DNA of 64,000 nt, taken from the NCBI GenBank assembly GCA_048013815.1, contig CM106586.1:9858001-9922000 (forward strand). Direction: 5' to 3'. The translations under genes and the position numbers were made by a program. Shown piece after piece: positions 12,317 to 26,055 of this stretch. The stretch comes from Setoptus koraiensis (taxonomy: Eukaryota; Animalia; Arthropoda). Numbering within the stretch: the first letter of the stretch is position 1; each line of letters begins with the position of its first letter. The notes under the pieces are model-generated. The model was not told the DNA's origin. It saw nothing but the letters and a program-made list of their open reading frames with translations, and ran no database searches.

Positions 12317-15300
12317 TGCCAGCGATGATACTCGTGTGGTGGTGTGGTCGTCGAACAAAAGTTCAGATTAGCTCGTCATGTTGCACAATGGGTTTCTGTA
12401 TCTATAAGTGACACTTATAGTGACTTGCAGCGAGTGACTTTGTTCGCCAGTTGGCAATTGTTTGTGGCGACACGGGCGCGTCAATGGCGCCACGAATCGA
12501 CAAAAGAGCGACAGCAGCAGCGTCAGCAGTGAGTGAGTTAACAACAATGGAGGCAAACAGTCAATTTGTTGCAATTGTTGTGTTGCGACTCTCTCAACTT
12601 TTTGCCAGCAACCAAGCCACAACAATGCCCAGCAATCCTATATGTCCGCCTAGCGGGCCAGCATCCAGTTACCTATAAAACGTGGCCCCATGCTCGCGTG
12701 TTGTGTGCTCACCATTTACAGCTTACAAATGACAGCAGCGGCTTTTGAGGAGGGAGCCCCCGTTAAACAGCATCCGTTTCTCTTGAGCTTGTCACACGCA
12801 TGATGGATCTGCGCTCCCTTTCGGCTAACCTGGCAACCTCACAATGGACCTAGAGGCACGTACAGCGCGCTTGCACCAGCACGCACAAAAGCACGTGCAC
12901 CGCGGCCACATATGCCACCAAACGGTGCCAGCTGCCACGACATTCAGGTAATGGCAGTTGTTTGTTTAACAGGTAAGTGGTGTGCCCACTTTTTGCTTGT
13001 CACTCGCCCCTTTGTGTTGTTTGTAGTGTCGTGTTAACTACTCTATACACCTAATTCACTTGGTGAGCACACTTTTAAACTTTACACTTTTACACTTCTA
13101 CACCTCTGCTGCGTGCAGTGCTAGAAATGTAGTTGCGCTCTGTGCGGCACATTCCTGTCCGGCGGGCGACACTGCGCACAGCGAGCAGCGTGAATATGTG
13201 TGTTGACGCTGCTATTCACCCAGGAATATCAGCGTGTGTGTGAATCGACTCTCCGATCAATGCCCACTCATATCCGCCAATCTGTGAATCGCGCTGGGTG
13301 CCTCAATCAAGCACCACAACCAACCATGGGCGCCCGTGCGAATCTAATGCCAGTCAATATGTGAATGGCCAACAGTCGTTACCCGAACCGGCCCGGGGCC
13401 AGCGACAAGCGAGCGGCCAACGGGCCCGTCATAATGGGCACAATGAGCATGATGGGCACGCAAATGGCCGGAGTGGCTGTTGAGAAGTGGACCCAAGTCA
13501 AGAGTGAATAATGATCTCCTTAAACGAACAAGAAGGCAAACAACGACAACACAAACAACAATTGACGTGTCGCATTATTCCAGTCCATTCACTTCATGAC
13601 TTTACAATTTAACGCACACACACAACAATTTGTGAAAATGTAAATGAAAGAATTGATGAATTGACACGGCAACAATTGCTGCTCCAGTTTTGCATCCATT
13701 TGGCTCCATGTCGCTCGGATTGTGCCCGGTGAATATCGAGCCGAGCACTGTGAATATAGGCCGTTCCTGTTTGGCGGGCCGGGCCGGGGTGCCTATATCC
13801 ACAGTGCTCGCTGAACCCACGCTGTATATCCACGATGCATATCCACGATGCACATTCACAGTATATTCACAGTTTATTCAGTGTGCTCTGGAGTGGCCGA
13901 AACAGTTGTTGGTTGGCCGTTGGAATGGGGCTCACAATGAGGTTTACCTTGTCGGTGGCACCTCGACACGGGTGACCATTTTATTTAATGACAGTGTGCG
14001 ACCCGATTCCGATCCGCTGAGCCAATGCGACGCGCTCAGATCCGCCACGATTTGGCGGGTCTGATCTGATTTAATCCATCGGCGCAGCGAGCCGCTGCAA
14101 GGCTCGCTCACATCCGAGGGCATTGTGCGAGCGCCAGCCAGGCAAATCCGTGACCAGCAACAATGTTGTTATTGATAAGTGTGAATAAGCATAAAATTGG
14201 TTTGTGCCACCATTGGTCATGGCGACACAGCAACGACAGCAGCAACGACAACAGCAACGACAACGACAGCACCATCGACAGCAACGACAGCAACGCCCGT
14301 GGTCAGCGCACGAGTGGACAGTGAGAAGTGGATAATGAGATTGTTGGCTGGGCAGCCACAGTCACTTATCAACTGGCAACACTTATGAGCGCTTTCAATT
14401 CGAGCACCAGTCGAGCAGTCAGTTGACACCAACGGCCAACACAATAGACTGATCAACTAGGTAGGCCACTAATCAAATTGGCCGTATAACTATAATAGCA
14501 TGACAGTATAAGTGTTAGGGGCCAGTGCCCAAAAACAAGGCAGCAGCAGCAGCACGTACAATATGCAAATGAGCGTGCTTGTATACAATTGTAACAAACA
14601 ATGTGCGTGTCGATAAAATAAAATGGAAATTAACTCAGCTAATAAAAGACGCTCAGCTTGGCTCCAGTTCAACTTTTGTCCCCGTTTTAGTTGTCGATTT
14701 GGTTGTCGCCGTTGCAGTGCGCCGTTGTCGCTACAACAGCATGCTGTTGCCGTTGTTGCTGCTGTCGCTGTTGTTGCTGTTGTTGTTGTTGGTGGTGGTG
14801 AGGCTGGCACTCGAGAGGGCGAATGGGCACACTCGATCGAGATTGAATGATGCGGTTTTGACAGAGTATCAATAGTTTATTTCCACAACTACAACTAAAA
14901 CTACAACAGCAACAACAACAACAACTGCTGCTGCCACCACCAGTGACATCGACAACAACAATGGCACACACAAAGCAAACAACAATCGGCCTGGAATAAC
15001 TCGAGTTGCTCAAAATCAAAATTGATCGACTTTTTGAGGAATAATCGCGCGGCATTGGCGCGCGATGAGAGTCGGTGTCGTTGGCTGGCTGATTCGCGAG
15101 CACTCTCGTTGTTTGCACTGTTCTCACTATTGATACGTAGTGAGCATATTGAATAGTGAGCCAAGTTAGTGAAAAGAATTCACCAATTGATTTAAGTCAA
15201 TGGAATTATTGAGAACAATACAGCAGGCATTTATTGGCAACAACAACAACAACAACAACAACAACGACATACTGCGCGACACACCGTGCGAGTCAGTGGG

Positions 15301-15818
15301 CACAGCCAAAGAAGTCAATCAACTTCTCGTTTGCGCCTCCTCCATTTAATGAACTATCCACGGACATTGTTCGCTGTTTCCATTATGAATATCCAGTTAT
15401 CTGTGCTATGAATATGCAGTCTGTATCTGAATATTCGCAGCCATAATTTGCAGTTGCCCGGTTGGCCTCATCGAGAGCCGAGCGAATAGTTGGCCAGAGA
15501 CGCAGACGGCCACCAAAACAAACAATCACCCCCCTCCGTAGCATGTCGACGACTCGTGGTGTGGCCCGTTATCGGCCTGTTATCGCCTGGCCGCCAACAG
15601 GCCGACAACGATTGGGCCAGATTGGGCATGGCAATTGTCACAATTGTGGCCATTGTGTCCGCTTGGCTGACCAGAATCAAGGCCCAGATCAACAATGACC
15701 CCATTTGCGACAGTGACACTGTCGCGCTCATCGGCCGCTAGGCGGCCGCCGTCGACAGAGTTGCGGCGGCTAGTCGGCCTTGCAAGTTGCAACTGGCAAC
15801 TTGCGAGCCACAACAAAC

Positions 15819-15889
15819 ACACGACAAATACACGACAAATACACGACGAATACACAACAAATGCACAACAAATATACAACAAATACACG
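15819..15889. repeat. 11-bp tandem array (ACACGACAAAT) x6+
   Basis: Units start at 15819, 15830, 15841, 15852, 15863, 15874. Confidence 0.9.
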
Positions 15890-18800
15890 CTGATACTAAC
15901 GACCACCAGTATAGGCCCTTATCAATTTGAGGCCATCTAAGTGAGTCAGTGAGGCGAGAGCCATGAAACGGCAAACAGACGGCTGGCCAGCGAAAGCCGC
16001 AGCAGCGGACCTCCCAAAGCGAAGGAAGTCAATATCTTAATTGACTTCTTCTTCTTTTTCTTTTTCGTTTCCATTTCGTCTCTCGGTCGTCAGCTAATTG
16101 TCGCCACACAAATGCGCCTCGGCCCGTGTAAGAGCGCCGTGGCGACCAAACGCAAGTGCAGCTGTCGAAGAGAAGATTCGAAGAAGTTTCGCTGAAGCGA
16201 GTCAGTCAATTTGATGCTTCGTCGCAACCAGACTGTCGCGGCTTCCACTTCTCGCGAATATTCTCTCATGTGCTTTTAGCAGCAGCACCACCACTTATAC
16301 TCATGCCCATGCGAGTCTCGCTCTCGGTTAGTTAGTTAGTTGTCGCTCATTTGCATCAACTAACAGCGACAAATTGATTCATTGATAGCGATCTCTCACT
16401 TTTTACGGCCGCAACTTGCCAACTGGCAACTCCATTATTCATGTGATATTCGCATTGCGAGCTCGCTTCGTGTCGTGTTGTTGCATTTTGCATTGGTGGC
16501 CTCGATACACTTGTTGTTGTTTGTAACATGTCATGAAGTCATGAAGTCGTCAACTCGGTTTGCGTCGACGTCCAAAGTCACTCACAAGTCAGTTCGGTCA
16601 GCCCGTCGCCGACACTCACATATCCACGCTCATTTATCCAGACGCAGATATCCATTTGCGACAACAACTAAATCATTCCTCATGCCGGTCGGGCCGGCGA
16701 ATTGCGAGCAGCCAGCAAGAATTTGCGCTGTCGTCGGTTCACCTGTCGACAAGATAAACGACAGTGTTGATCAGCAGCCTCGGCAGCGACGACACACCCG
16801 TCTAGCCACAGCTGGATATTCGCCCGTGAATAGCGCGCATGTCTCTGAAGCATCGCGCATGTCTTTGAAACATCGTAGATGTCGCTGGAATATCGTGGAT
16901 ATCGCCGGAGTATCGTGAAATATATCAAATTCACCGTGAATTCAACGTGAAATTCACCCGTGAACGTCATGCGACCACCAATGTCCACGCTGGCGTTTTC
17001 GTGCGCGCTATTCATGCGCGCGACATATCATCATCACATTATGGCTGTCCATGAATCCCATTGCAGCCTGCAGTATTCGCCTGTGAATAGTTCAATGTGC
17101 CGTTTTTTGGCTGGCTTTATTTTATCGCTTCTGCTGGGTTGTTTGCATCGCCACCGTGCCTCTGACAACAATGAGGCCCACACTGACCACCGACGACTTG
17201 TCAGCGATAAGTGACCCAGCGGACTGGCGCAGGAAATCGGGATATCTGGCCGTTCGCATCACCGTATGTATGTATTTGTAAATGTATGAGAAAACAGATA
17301 CACAGAGATACACACAGATATATAGGCCAGATATCGCACAAGCGTAACATATTGGTTGTGACTGACATGGATGTGATTGCGCGACGATGATATAAACACG
17401 ATACGAACACGATAAAAACTATTCACAGCAGATAGTGCTGGTCATCTGGTTGTAACTTATTGGCCGGCAAATGTAGCAACTAATTGAAAATGTTTGTGAT
17501 ATATGGGCGCAATGTTGTTAGTTGCGTCATACACTCAACACTTTACAAGCTTGTTGTCGGTTTGTTGCTGGTTGCCAGTTGGTGGGTCTCGCGGGACGCC
17601 GACCGCCGGCTTTGTCGTGGCGCCCGTTGCCCGCTCGTTGGGCCGCCCGGCCGCTCGTCGGCCGGCTCGTTGTCCCAAGTGCCGTCCCAGAGAAGCGCCG
17701 ATGACGGCGCGGATGACGGCGCCGATGCCGCCGCCAGCATTGAGCAGCGAACGAGCGGCCGGGCGGCCAGAGGACGGGACGCAGAATCGGACTGAGAACG
17801 GGACGGCGAAGGGGACGGCGGACAACAGGACCGCGTCGCGGCCGCCGTCACAGAGACGGGCGAGAAGCGAGTGGTGCCATTGCGAACTAATCCCGTCCAC
17901 CAGAGCGGTGCCGGCTCGTTTCATTAGCCTTCATTCATCAATCTGTTTTAATTCTTTGCTGGTCGCTTCTTCGTTCGGCCCAGTCTCACCGTCGTCGGCT
18001 ATCTTGCGCTGCCATCTAAATGGACGCTGCAGCGCCATTGACGGATCCTTTCGTTTCATGCCACTTGTCGCCCATTAACTCCAACTGACTGCTCCAACTG
18101 ACTGGCTCTAAATCATCATTTATTTCACTCGAAATAGTCTCAGCATTCGAGAGCTCAGCGTTCGAAATAGTCTCAGCATTCGAAATTTCAGTATTTGAAA
18201 TATCAGTAGTAACGAGTCATTAGATAAGCATCGTCTGCATACTTGAAGCGCTCGCACGCTCCAATAGAGGCTTCGGTCGGGCTCGCAAGAGGCAGTTTAG
18301 TAGTTTATCGAAGGTGTTACCACCACTTATTCGTCATCGGCCAAATACCTGTCTCCGTGAGCGTCGACTCGGTCGCCGGCTCGACAGCAACAACAACAGC
18401 GAATTGTCAGTGCGGCGAGTGATTCAATTACCGCCATCAGGCCGGCCGTTGCGGGCCGCATTATTGAGCCGGCCGCTGCGGGCCGCATCATTGAGCCGGA
18501 CGGCTCGCTGTCGATTGCCGGTGTGCGGCGGGCACTACGCCGATAGTGATACATTATTCGGCCGGCCATTCACTCGTTTGCCGGGCTATTATTTCTCACT
18601 TTATCTATCATTTATAGAGATGCCAACAACAACAACAACAACAACCGCCTGACAGCAGCACCGATAAAAGTGGCTGCAGTGTCAGCAAACAGGTGAACTC
18701 CTTTCAACTGCGCCACTGCCACTTCCTTCCGTTGTCCCTCGCGGGTGGTCAAGCTGCCGGCTGCTATCATTAACTCATCAACTATCGCTTATCTTTTATT

Positions 18801-19150
18801 TATCGAGCCAGGCCAGCTTATCAATTTCTATATCACTCATTTCTATTGCGCCGGCCAGCAATGCATGAATGATGGTTCGGCGCTAGATGCTAGCGCCCGA
18901 TAAGCCCGCGCCCCTGCCCGTCCCGCGTGCTCGCGGCGCCGCCCCGCCTCCTGGCCGCTCGCACGGGACAGCAGCGGTCCCGTCCGCTGCTGCGATCAGC
19001 TGTGAGTAACAAGCCACTGTTGATGATATCGCTCATTACGCAACAACGTGAGATGAGTGCCCTCTGGCCTAAGCGCTGCCTACGTGCTGTTGGCAAGACA
19101 ACTGTGCAGCCATTATAGGCGCACATAAACGCGATGACGCAATAGCCGAG

Positions 19151-19176
19151 TCGTCGTTGTTGCTGTTGTTGCTGCT

Positions 19177-19229
<53 letters not shown>

Positions 19230-19290
19230 TGTTGTTGTTGCTGTTGTTGTTGTCGTTGCTGCTGCTGCTGCCGCCGCTGCTGTTGTAGTT
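19151..19290. repeat. (GTT/GCT)n microsatellite, intron 1
   Basis: About 45 triplets; source of the poly-Q/poly-N minus-strand ORFs. Confidence 0.95.
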
Positions 19291-20492
19291 CACAACTCAA
19301 CACACATTCTCTCGCTCATTATGTAATAATTCTTTCGCTCATTCTCTCTTTAGGCATAACTACTATTCGCGCTGGCTCACATAAAACAACTAGACGCCAG
19401 CGAATAGATTTGATGATAAGCCAAGAGAGTGACTTGAATGAAATAAAAGAAGCCAGCAGCAAATAAATTAGGCAGCGAATGATTGTTCAACGTGAACGAT
19501 ACACTCACTCGGCCAAGATTAAATCATCAAACGATAGTGTGGGCGTGACACATGATACAACCTGTTTAATTGAATTTGCGCTGGGCTGTTTATCTCCCCT
19601 TTATCTGGCTCGCTCGACGACTCAGATCACTCGCCCGACGCACCGCGCACTTTACCTGGCGTTGCTTCTTTTATATTTTTTTTTATCTGGCAACTAGCGA
19701 GCAGCCGATAAAAGCCTGTGTGCGTCGGCTTGTCGCTGGCAGTTTTTCGCTGCATTTTCGCTGCATTTTTCGCTGGTCCGACCATAATCCGGCCGGACGG
19801 CTCGCTGTCGTGGCCGTTGTTGCGTTGGTCAGCGCGCAAATAAAAGCCATTTGTTTGTTATTGAGTCAAGTGCAACTTGTTGTTTGTTGGCCTGCTCTAT
19901 ATGCAACAACAAATCGTTTATCGTTGCGACAAGTGCCCATTGTTCAACAATGGCTCTCGTTCGGCGGCACACGCTCACTCAATTCAGACGGCATAATCGC
20001 TGATCGCCAGGTAAACTGTTTTGTTTGCTATATAGAACAGGCCTATATGAATGCAAATTCGTCGCAGCAAACTGTGATTTAACTGCCCGCCATTTTGTTA
20101 CACAACAGCAACAACAGCAGCAGCAACAACAACAACAACAATTTGAATACGCAACAACCTTTGTGACATATGCCCATATAGGACCGCTGGCCATTATTCA
20201 CAAGCGGCCTGATTATTGTTTGTGAATACTCTCCGCTGGTTGCATCACACACATTACATATCCGTGACCGCTCGCTCGTCACGCAACAACCATCTCACCT
20301 TACCACCGTACACCCATTTGACCCACCGTGCCCTCTCTTTTCCGCGCGGTACCCCTCCCCGCCCACTTCTACCCTGTAACCATCATTATTATGCGACCAT
20401 CTAACTATCATTATTACCCTACCATCGCCACATTTTTGACCCATTTTCGCCCCGTTATTGTCCCATTTTTACCCCATTGTTGGACACAACAG

Positions 20493-20769
20493 GCGAATGT
20501 TTCCCACAATGAGAGTGTCGTTCTCGGGCACCCAGCTCCTAGACGAGAAATACCTCGTCCTCATGGACATTCTACCCATAGACAACAAACGCTACAGGTA
20601 CGCCTATCACAAGTCCTCGTGGCAGCCCGCGGGCAAGGCCGACCCGGCCAGCACCTCAAGACTGTACCTACATCCGGACGCACCCTTTACGGGCGAGCAG
20701 TTGCGCAAGCAGGTGATCACGTTTGAGAAGGTCAAACTGACCAACAACGACATGGACAAGCACGGACAC
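20493..20769 (+). CDS. H15: H15/Tbx20 coding exon 2 (T-box core)
   Basis: Acceptor acaacAG at 20491-92; reads RMFPTMRVSFSG...RYRYAYHKSSWQPAGKADP...LRKQVITFEKVKLTNNDMDKHGH; donor GTAAGT at 20770 (phase 0). RYRYAYH and KQVIxFEKVKLTNN are characteristic of the Tbx20 subfamily. Confidence 0.97.
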
Positions 20770-23700
20770 GTAAGTTTTTTTGCCAATTTTATTATTATTT
20801 TATTTTATTTGATTCATATGCGATATGCAATATAATATTTTATATGATATGAATTTGATTTACTTTGCACAAATTGTGGCCAAATGATGAACCGAATCGA
20901 CACCGACGATTGTTCATTTTCGGCAATTTTCACCGCTGTTACTACTGTCGAGCTGTGTTTCGCTTGCGGTGGCTCATGCGGTCGGCATAGTTTGCGGGCC
21001 GGACAATTATGCCGACCGCACCGATATCAACATGTATCGGTTTGTTCCGTTGTGTTTCGGCGTGCCCGTTGTCGGGCACGGCCGTTGTCGGCGATCGAGA
21101 CTCTCGACCGCCGACCCGAGAGCGTGTGCGCGAACAAACAGGTGCCGGCGAGGGGCAACAAAGGGAAAACAAAACAACCCGAAGCTTGTTATTTTTGCCC
21201 GTGCGTCGTCCGTTGCGCTTGAAGTCGGCGACGGGCTCGAGCGGGGCGAGCGGAGGCCAATTGTCAGGCCGGTCACCACAAATCAATCATCGCCAGCGGA
21301 CGCGGCTTCCAAACGGATTGGCACCTCTCGCCGGCGCCCACTTATTAGTTACTTAGCAGCGCTCGTTAGTTGGATGGGATTTGTGCGTGCCGGCGCGCGC
21401 GTTTGCACGTGCAGCTCGCGATCGGTGCCGGTTGGCACTGGCAACGGCAACAACGGTCCGTTAGTTGATTAGCGCCGTTAATTATTTATTGTTGGCACAA
21501 TTCGTGGCCGGCGCTGCAGCACAGCTAAATGCAATGCATGCCAATGCCAGCGCAAATCAGCGTCGACGCGCCAACAACGACAACAAATGCGCCGATGCTG
21601 CCCGAAATAATCTGCCGCGAGTGGCGCGGCTACCTGATAGCATCGACTGATTGACCAATCAATCACTCGGCTCACCTGTCGCCACAAACTAATTAGCGGG
21701 CGGCTGCACTGTCGATAGCGTCGTTATTGAGTCTTTTCGCGAGTCTGTCGTGTTGAATTTTCGCCGGGTCGCCGCTCCAATTTGCCATCGCCGGTGCCGC
21801 CTGTTCGGGCGCTGATGCGCCGCTCGGTGCCGAAACAATCGACGGACAATCGGCGGGCAATCGGCCGGGCACCAGATCGCCGATAGATTGCGGTTGCCTT
21901 TGAGGCTGGGCCGCCATCGGACGGGCTTGCTGGAGCGCGGCGCGATCACGACGCGCGGCCCTTTGATCGATGCGCTCGGGCCATTGTGTGTGAAATGCGA
22001 ATTTGAATTTAAATTTAAATTGTTCCTTGCCGCCGGCCATCGAGAGCTTGCGACGCGCGATTATATCGCGCACCGGTCAAGTGCACAGCATTAGGCGGTG
22101 CAGTTGGCATTTTGCGCAAACATTTCGCCTTTGATGCGACCACGAGCGCTCTCACGCGCTTGAATGTGCGCTGAGTGTGCGTACGCGACCAATTGTTTTG
22201 CCAATGTTGGCGTAATTTTTGTGTGTTTCTCCATTTTTGTGCAGTTTTCATTTTTATCACATGTTTTGCTGCGCGCTGCGTTTCTTGTTCACAGCCGACC
22301 TGTCGTGTTCATTAGCCGCTACGGTCAGGGTATTTTATTTTATTTTTGTGCGCGCCGCACACCGGCACGCCGACTGCACGGCACAGCCGGCCCAGACCGA
22401 CTTGGGCGCCACTTCCGGCGGGCCACACCTGAGCGGCGGGCCGGCCGCTTGCGTTCCAATTACGTGACTGCCAGTCATGAATCATCGTGGTGGCCGCCGG
22501 ACAGGCGGCACTTGTTGTTGCTGCGGCCGTTGTTGGCGCTGTTGCCAGCGAGCGAGTGTGTGAAGTCGGGCAAATTATCGTCATTACGCCGGTCATTACG
22601 CCGCTATCCGCTGCAAAGTGCACCCCGGTCGGCGCTTGTTTTAAGCTGGCGCCTGTTGCCCGCCGCCGACTCATTTGTTGTTGTTGTTGGCTCCAACAAA
22701 CGAGCGCAACAACAACAACGACAACAACAACAGCGGCAACAGCAACAACAACGACAACAACAAGCGGCAGGTTGTTGTCGTTGTTGTGCAACAACGATTA
22801 ACACTTGAGCGTTTGGCCAATTTGCGAGCGGCCAAACGACGAGCCGGCGTGTCGCTGTTGATGGTCGCGACAACACGGCGCGCTAAATACGATCCCGGTC
22901 CGGGCTGCCGGCAGGCCGGCCCGTCAGGTGAAGCGCCGAAGCTGTTGAAGAGAATTAATTAGCAGACAAACAACAGTGTCGCTGTTAATTAATTAACTTC
23001 TTCGCCTCCGACACACTCGCACAACTACCAGCGCAACAACAAGCGCAACAACGAGCCCAACTGCGGGCGCAACTGCAATCCGGAATGCGCGACCCCCCAA
23101 CTCGGCGCCTGCACGCCGGGCCGCTGCGACGGGGGCCGGCAGCAGCCAAGGGCGCCGCTCCATCGCATTTGTATTTGTGTACATGATACATTATATTTAT
23201 AGGCTATATCCCTATTTGAGCGCGACTATTTCGAGCCAAAAGTGCACGCTGAAGCGGATTATGTTTCGCGCTCACGACACGGCGAACAGCGACACCGAAT
23301 GCAGCGCAAATTGGGCACAATTCAGCACAAATTGGGCACAATTCAGCACAATCGGCGCGACACGGCAACTAGTGATACAATTAGCGAGTGATCCACAAGT
23401 GATACACACTGGCCGGCCCTAATGACGACGCACACGCACACCGACCGGCATTGTTGCTGCTCGTTTGTGGGTCGTGTCGTCGTTGTTTGTCGCAGCCGCT
23501 TGGCCGCTCTCAAACTGCCGAAGTAGCGAGCAAGTTGCATTAGCCGACGGGCCGGCTAAGGGCTTCGAATCACGTTCGCCGAACAAGTTTTAAATCACAG
23601 TGGCGCCAGTGTCGCCGCATCTAGATGATGTTGGACAGCGCAAACAATAAGCGCCGTTTGTTGCATTGTTGTTCCTTAGGCGCCCTGTTACGCAATCAAT

Positions 23701-25950
23701 CATCTCGCTGGCAATGTTGTTGTGTCTTTGTCACCTCGGGTGCTCTTTACTCTTTGACCTGCCTGTGAGCGTGTCTCACCTGTCGGCTGGCACAGCTGAC
23801 TGGGCCGCCTGTCGACTGGGCCGCCCGACGACTCACCTGTCGACTCACCTGTCGCGACTGGCTGCAGTTGACAGTGGAGCAGCGGCCACTTGTGCTAACA
23901 AACTGGTAAACACATACTAACAACCCCATTGTCGCCGCCCACAGCCAGCCAGCCATTCATCTTGACACTGTCGGATTATCAGCGATAATAATAATAATAA
24001 TAACTTGTTGTCGCTGTAATGAGTTGTCGATTGCGCAAAACAACCGTCGTCGTCGTCGATGACGCCGCCATGCAATGCGAGGCTGTATGCCGTGTTTGCA
24101 AATTGTTCGTGTGTTTGCCAAGTCAAAAGTCGAGTCGTGTAAATCACCACGAAACTCGCTTATTAGCAAATATCCACGCATTGCCGGCTGGCTGGCTGAC
24201 TGGCACAGGTATTAACACAAGGAAGAGGCCATTATTTTATTTCGTTTTATTCTCTTCTCTTCTATTTATTCTCTCTCTTTCTCTCTCGCTGTCTGGCGAC
24301 ACATTCTCTGGCTCAGACGCGTCTCGTCGCAGCGTCTTGGCGCTGTCTGGCTGTCGGTTGTCGGCTGAAATTAATTTTGTTGAAGTGTCAACATTACTTA
24401 ATAGAGATATTTGAGTTATTGCCGCCCGTTTCACAATCGCTCCCGCAACATCCTCCTAAATCATCCGTTTCAATGCAGGCGCCGATGGCAATATCACAGA
24501 TAATCTATACACGCAACCCGTCCCATCTACACAGCAATTGTAGGCGACTCTGGCGGCCACAACAGCCCAACAGAACAGGTGAATAGAACAGCCCAACAGA
24601 ACAGGTGAGGTTCACAAGCTTGTCAGTGCGTTGTCGAGGAAGTTGCAGTTGTTGTCGGTGTTGAGCCTGCTGCGCCGGTTGGCTTGCTGGCGGCAGTTAC
24701 GTGCGAACCGACGTAAACAGGACAGTCCTGCCGACGGGATACGCCACTATATATACATGTACTTGTATCGTACAAGTTATATGAGAGAGCGAGCAAAGAA
24801 GATAATTTAATTTGCTGATTGCGCTGCTTGTGCCGAGCGGCTGCTTGTAACAGGCTGTTGGTTGTGGTAACAGTAAGTGGTTGAAAAGTGCAAAGAAACA
24901 ATTTAAATAATGTGTTACTTGTCCCTATTTCCCAAGAGAGTTGCATAACTTGCCCAACAGCAACTTCAATTAGAATTAGCTACCTCTCCAGCCAGCGCTA
25001 CCCGGCCGCTCGGGGTAGCCGTCACGTTGGCACTTGCCGGGGGAATTGCGTCAACGGGCATTATCGCCTCTCTGACTCTGTGACTCTCTGACTCTGTGAC
25101 TAGTCGCTTGTTTGCTTGCTCAAGAGTGGTCAAGAGTGGGCAGCCGGCCAGCAGGTGATTGGCGTTCTCTGGCCGGCGGTGGTCGGACGGAGGAATGCAA
25201 CTCGAAGGAATTGCAGCCACTCTCGACAGCTCTAGAGTTGCCCTAGTGGCCAGTCGCTCAACGAGTTTCGGCTCAGCGCAGCGCCGCAAGTTACGTCATG
25301 TAACTTGTCTGCCGCTGCTCGCATGCTGCACCGACAATGGTTAGCCAGGTAATTTATCGTCCGTCATCACTGGCTCGCCTGCGCTCGACTCACTGTGAGC
25401 ATATATATATCATGAGGTATATATGTATACCACAGGATGCACTCGGGATACATATCAATATACCCCGAGCATATATTCACGGGCAGCACACGGCCATGCG
25501 GCCCGTATAACACGGCCATGCGGCCCGTATAACACGGCTCTGCGGCCCGTATAGTGCGGGTACAAGCCCGTGTAACAGGGGTATGAGCCCGAAGAATACG
25601 GGTGCGCGGCTGAATGGCCGGGTATACCATAAAAACACCGGGCACGCGTTGCTCGCGGCGTGTTTATGGCGTGGAAAGCGAGCGACTTTTCGCCATTAAT
25701 GCGCGCGCGCGTGTGTTACTTCATCGACCAGGTAAATGAGCAATTCACTTTGGCCGAATCGTTGATGAAGTAACACAGTAGCGCCGAGACGAGATTGAAT
25801 TGGAGCGATAAAGAGTTGCTGGCAGTTGACGCGCTAATCTGCTTACAATTTGCGAGTCACAAGCCGCGATGCCATTCACATGGCATCGCGTTGTGCGAGT
25901 ATGTTATCCCGCTGGGCGCATTCCGGCCCGACGGGCTCAATCGGCGACCG

Positions 25951-26055
25951 GCTCAATTGGCCAAAACTCGATTGGCCGAAACTCAACTGGCCGAAACTCA
26001 ACTGGCCGAAGCTCAACTGACCGAAGCTCGACTGACCGAAACTCAACTGGCCGAA
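25951..26055. repeat. 15-bp tandem array (ACTCAACTGGCCGAA) x7
   Basis: Seven in-register units. Confidence 0.9.

Noticed and set aside
13690-14064. 124-aa ORF with Kelch-like NEVYLVGG
   Set aside because: A single short motif without repeat spacing or other Kelch residues.
18497-19810. 18-bp exact dispersed duplicate CCGGACGGCTCGCTGTCG
   Set aside because: Plausible by chance in 64 kb of GC-biased, word-biased sequence.
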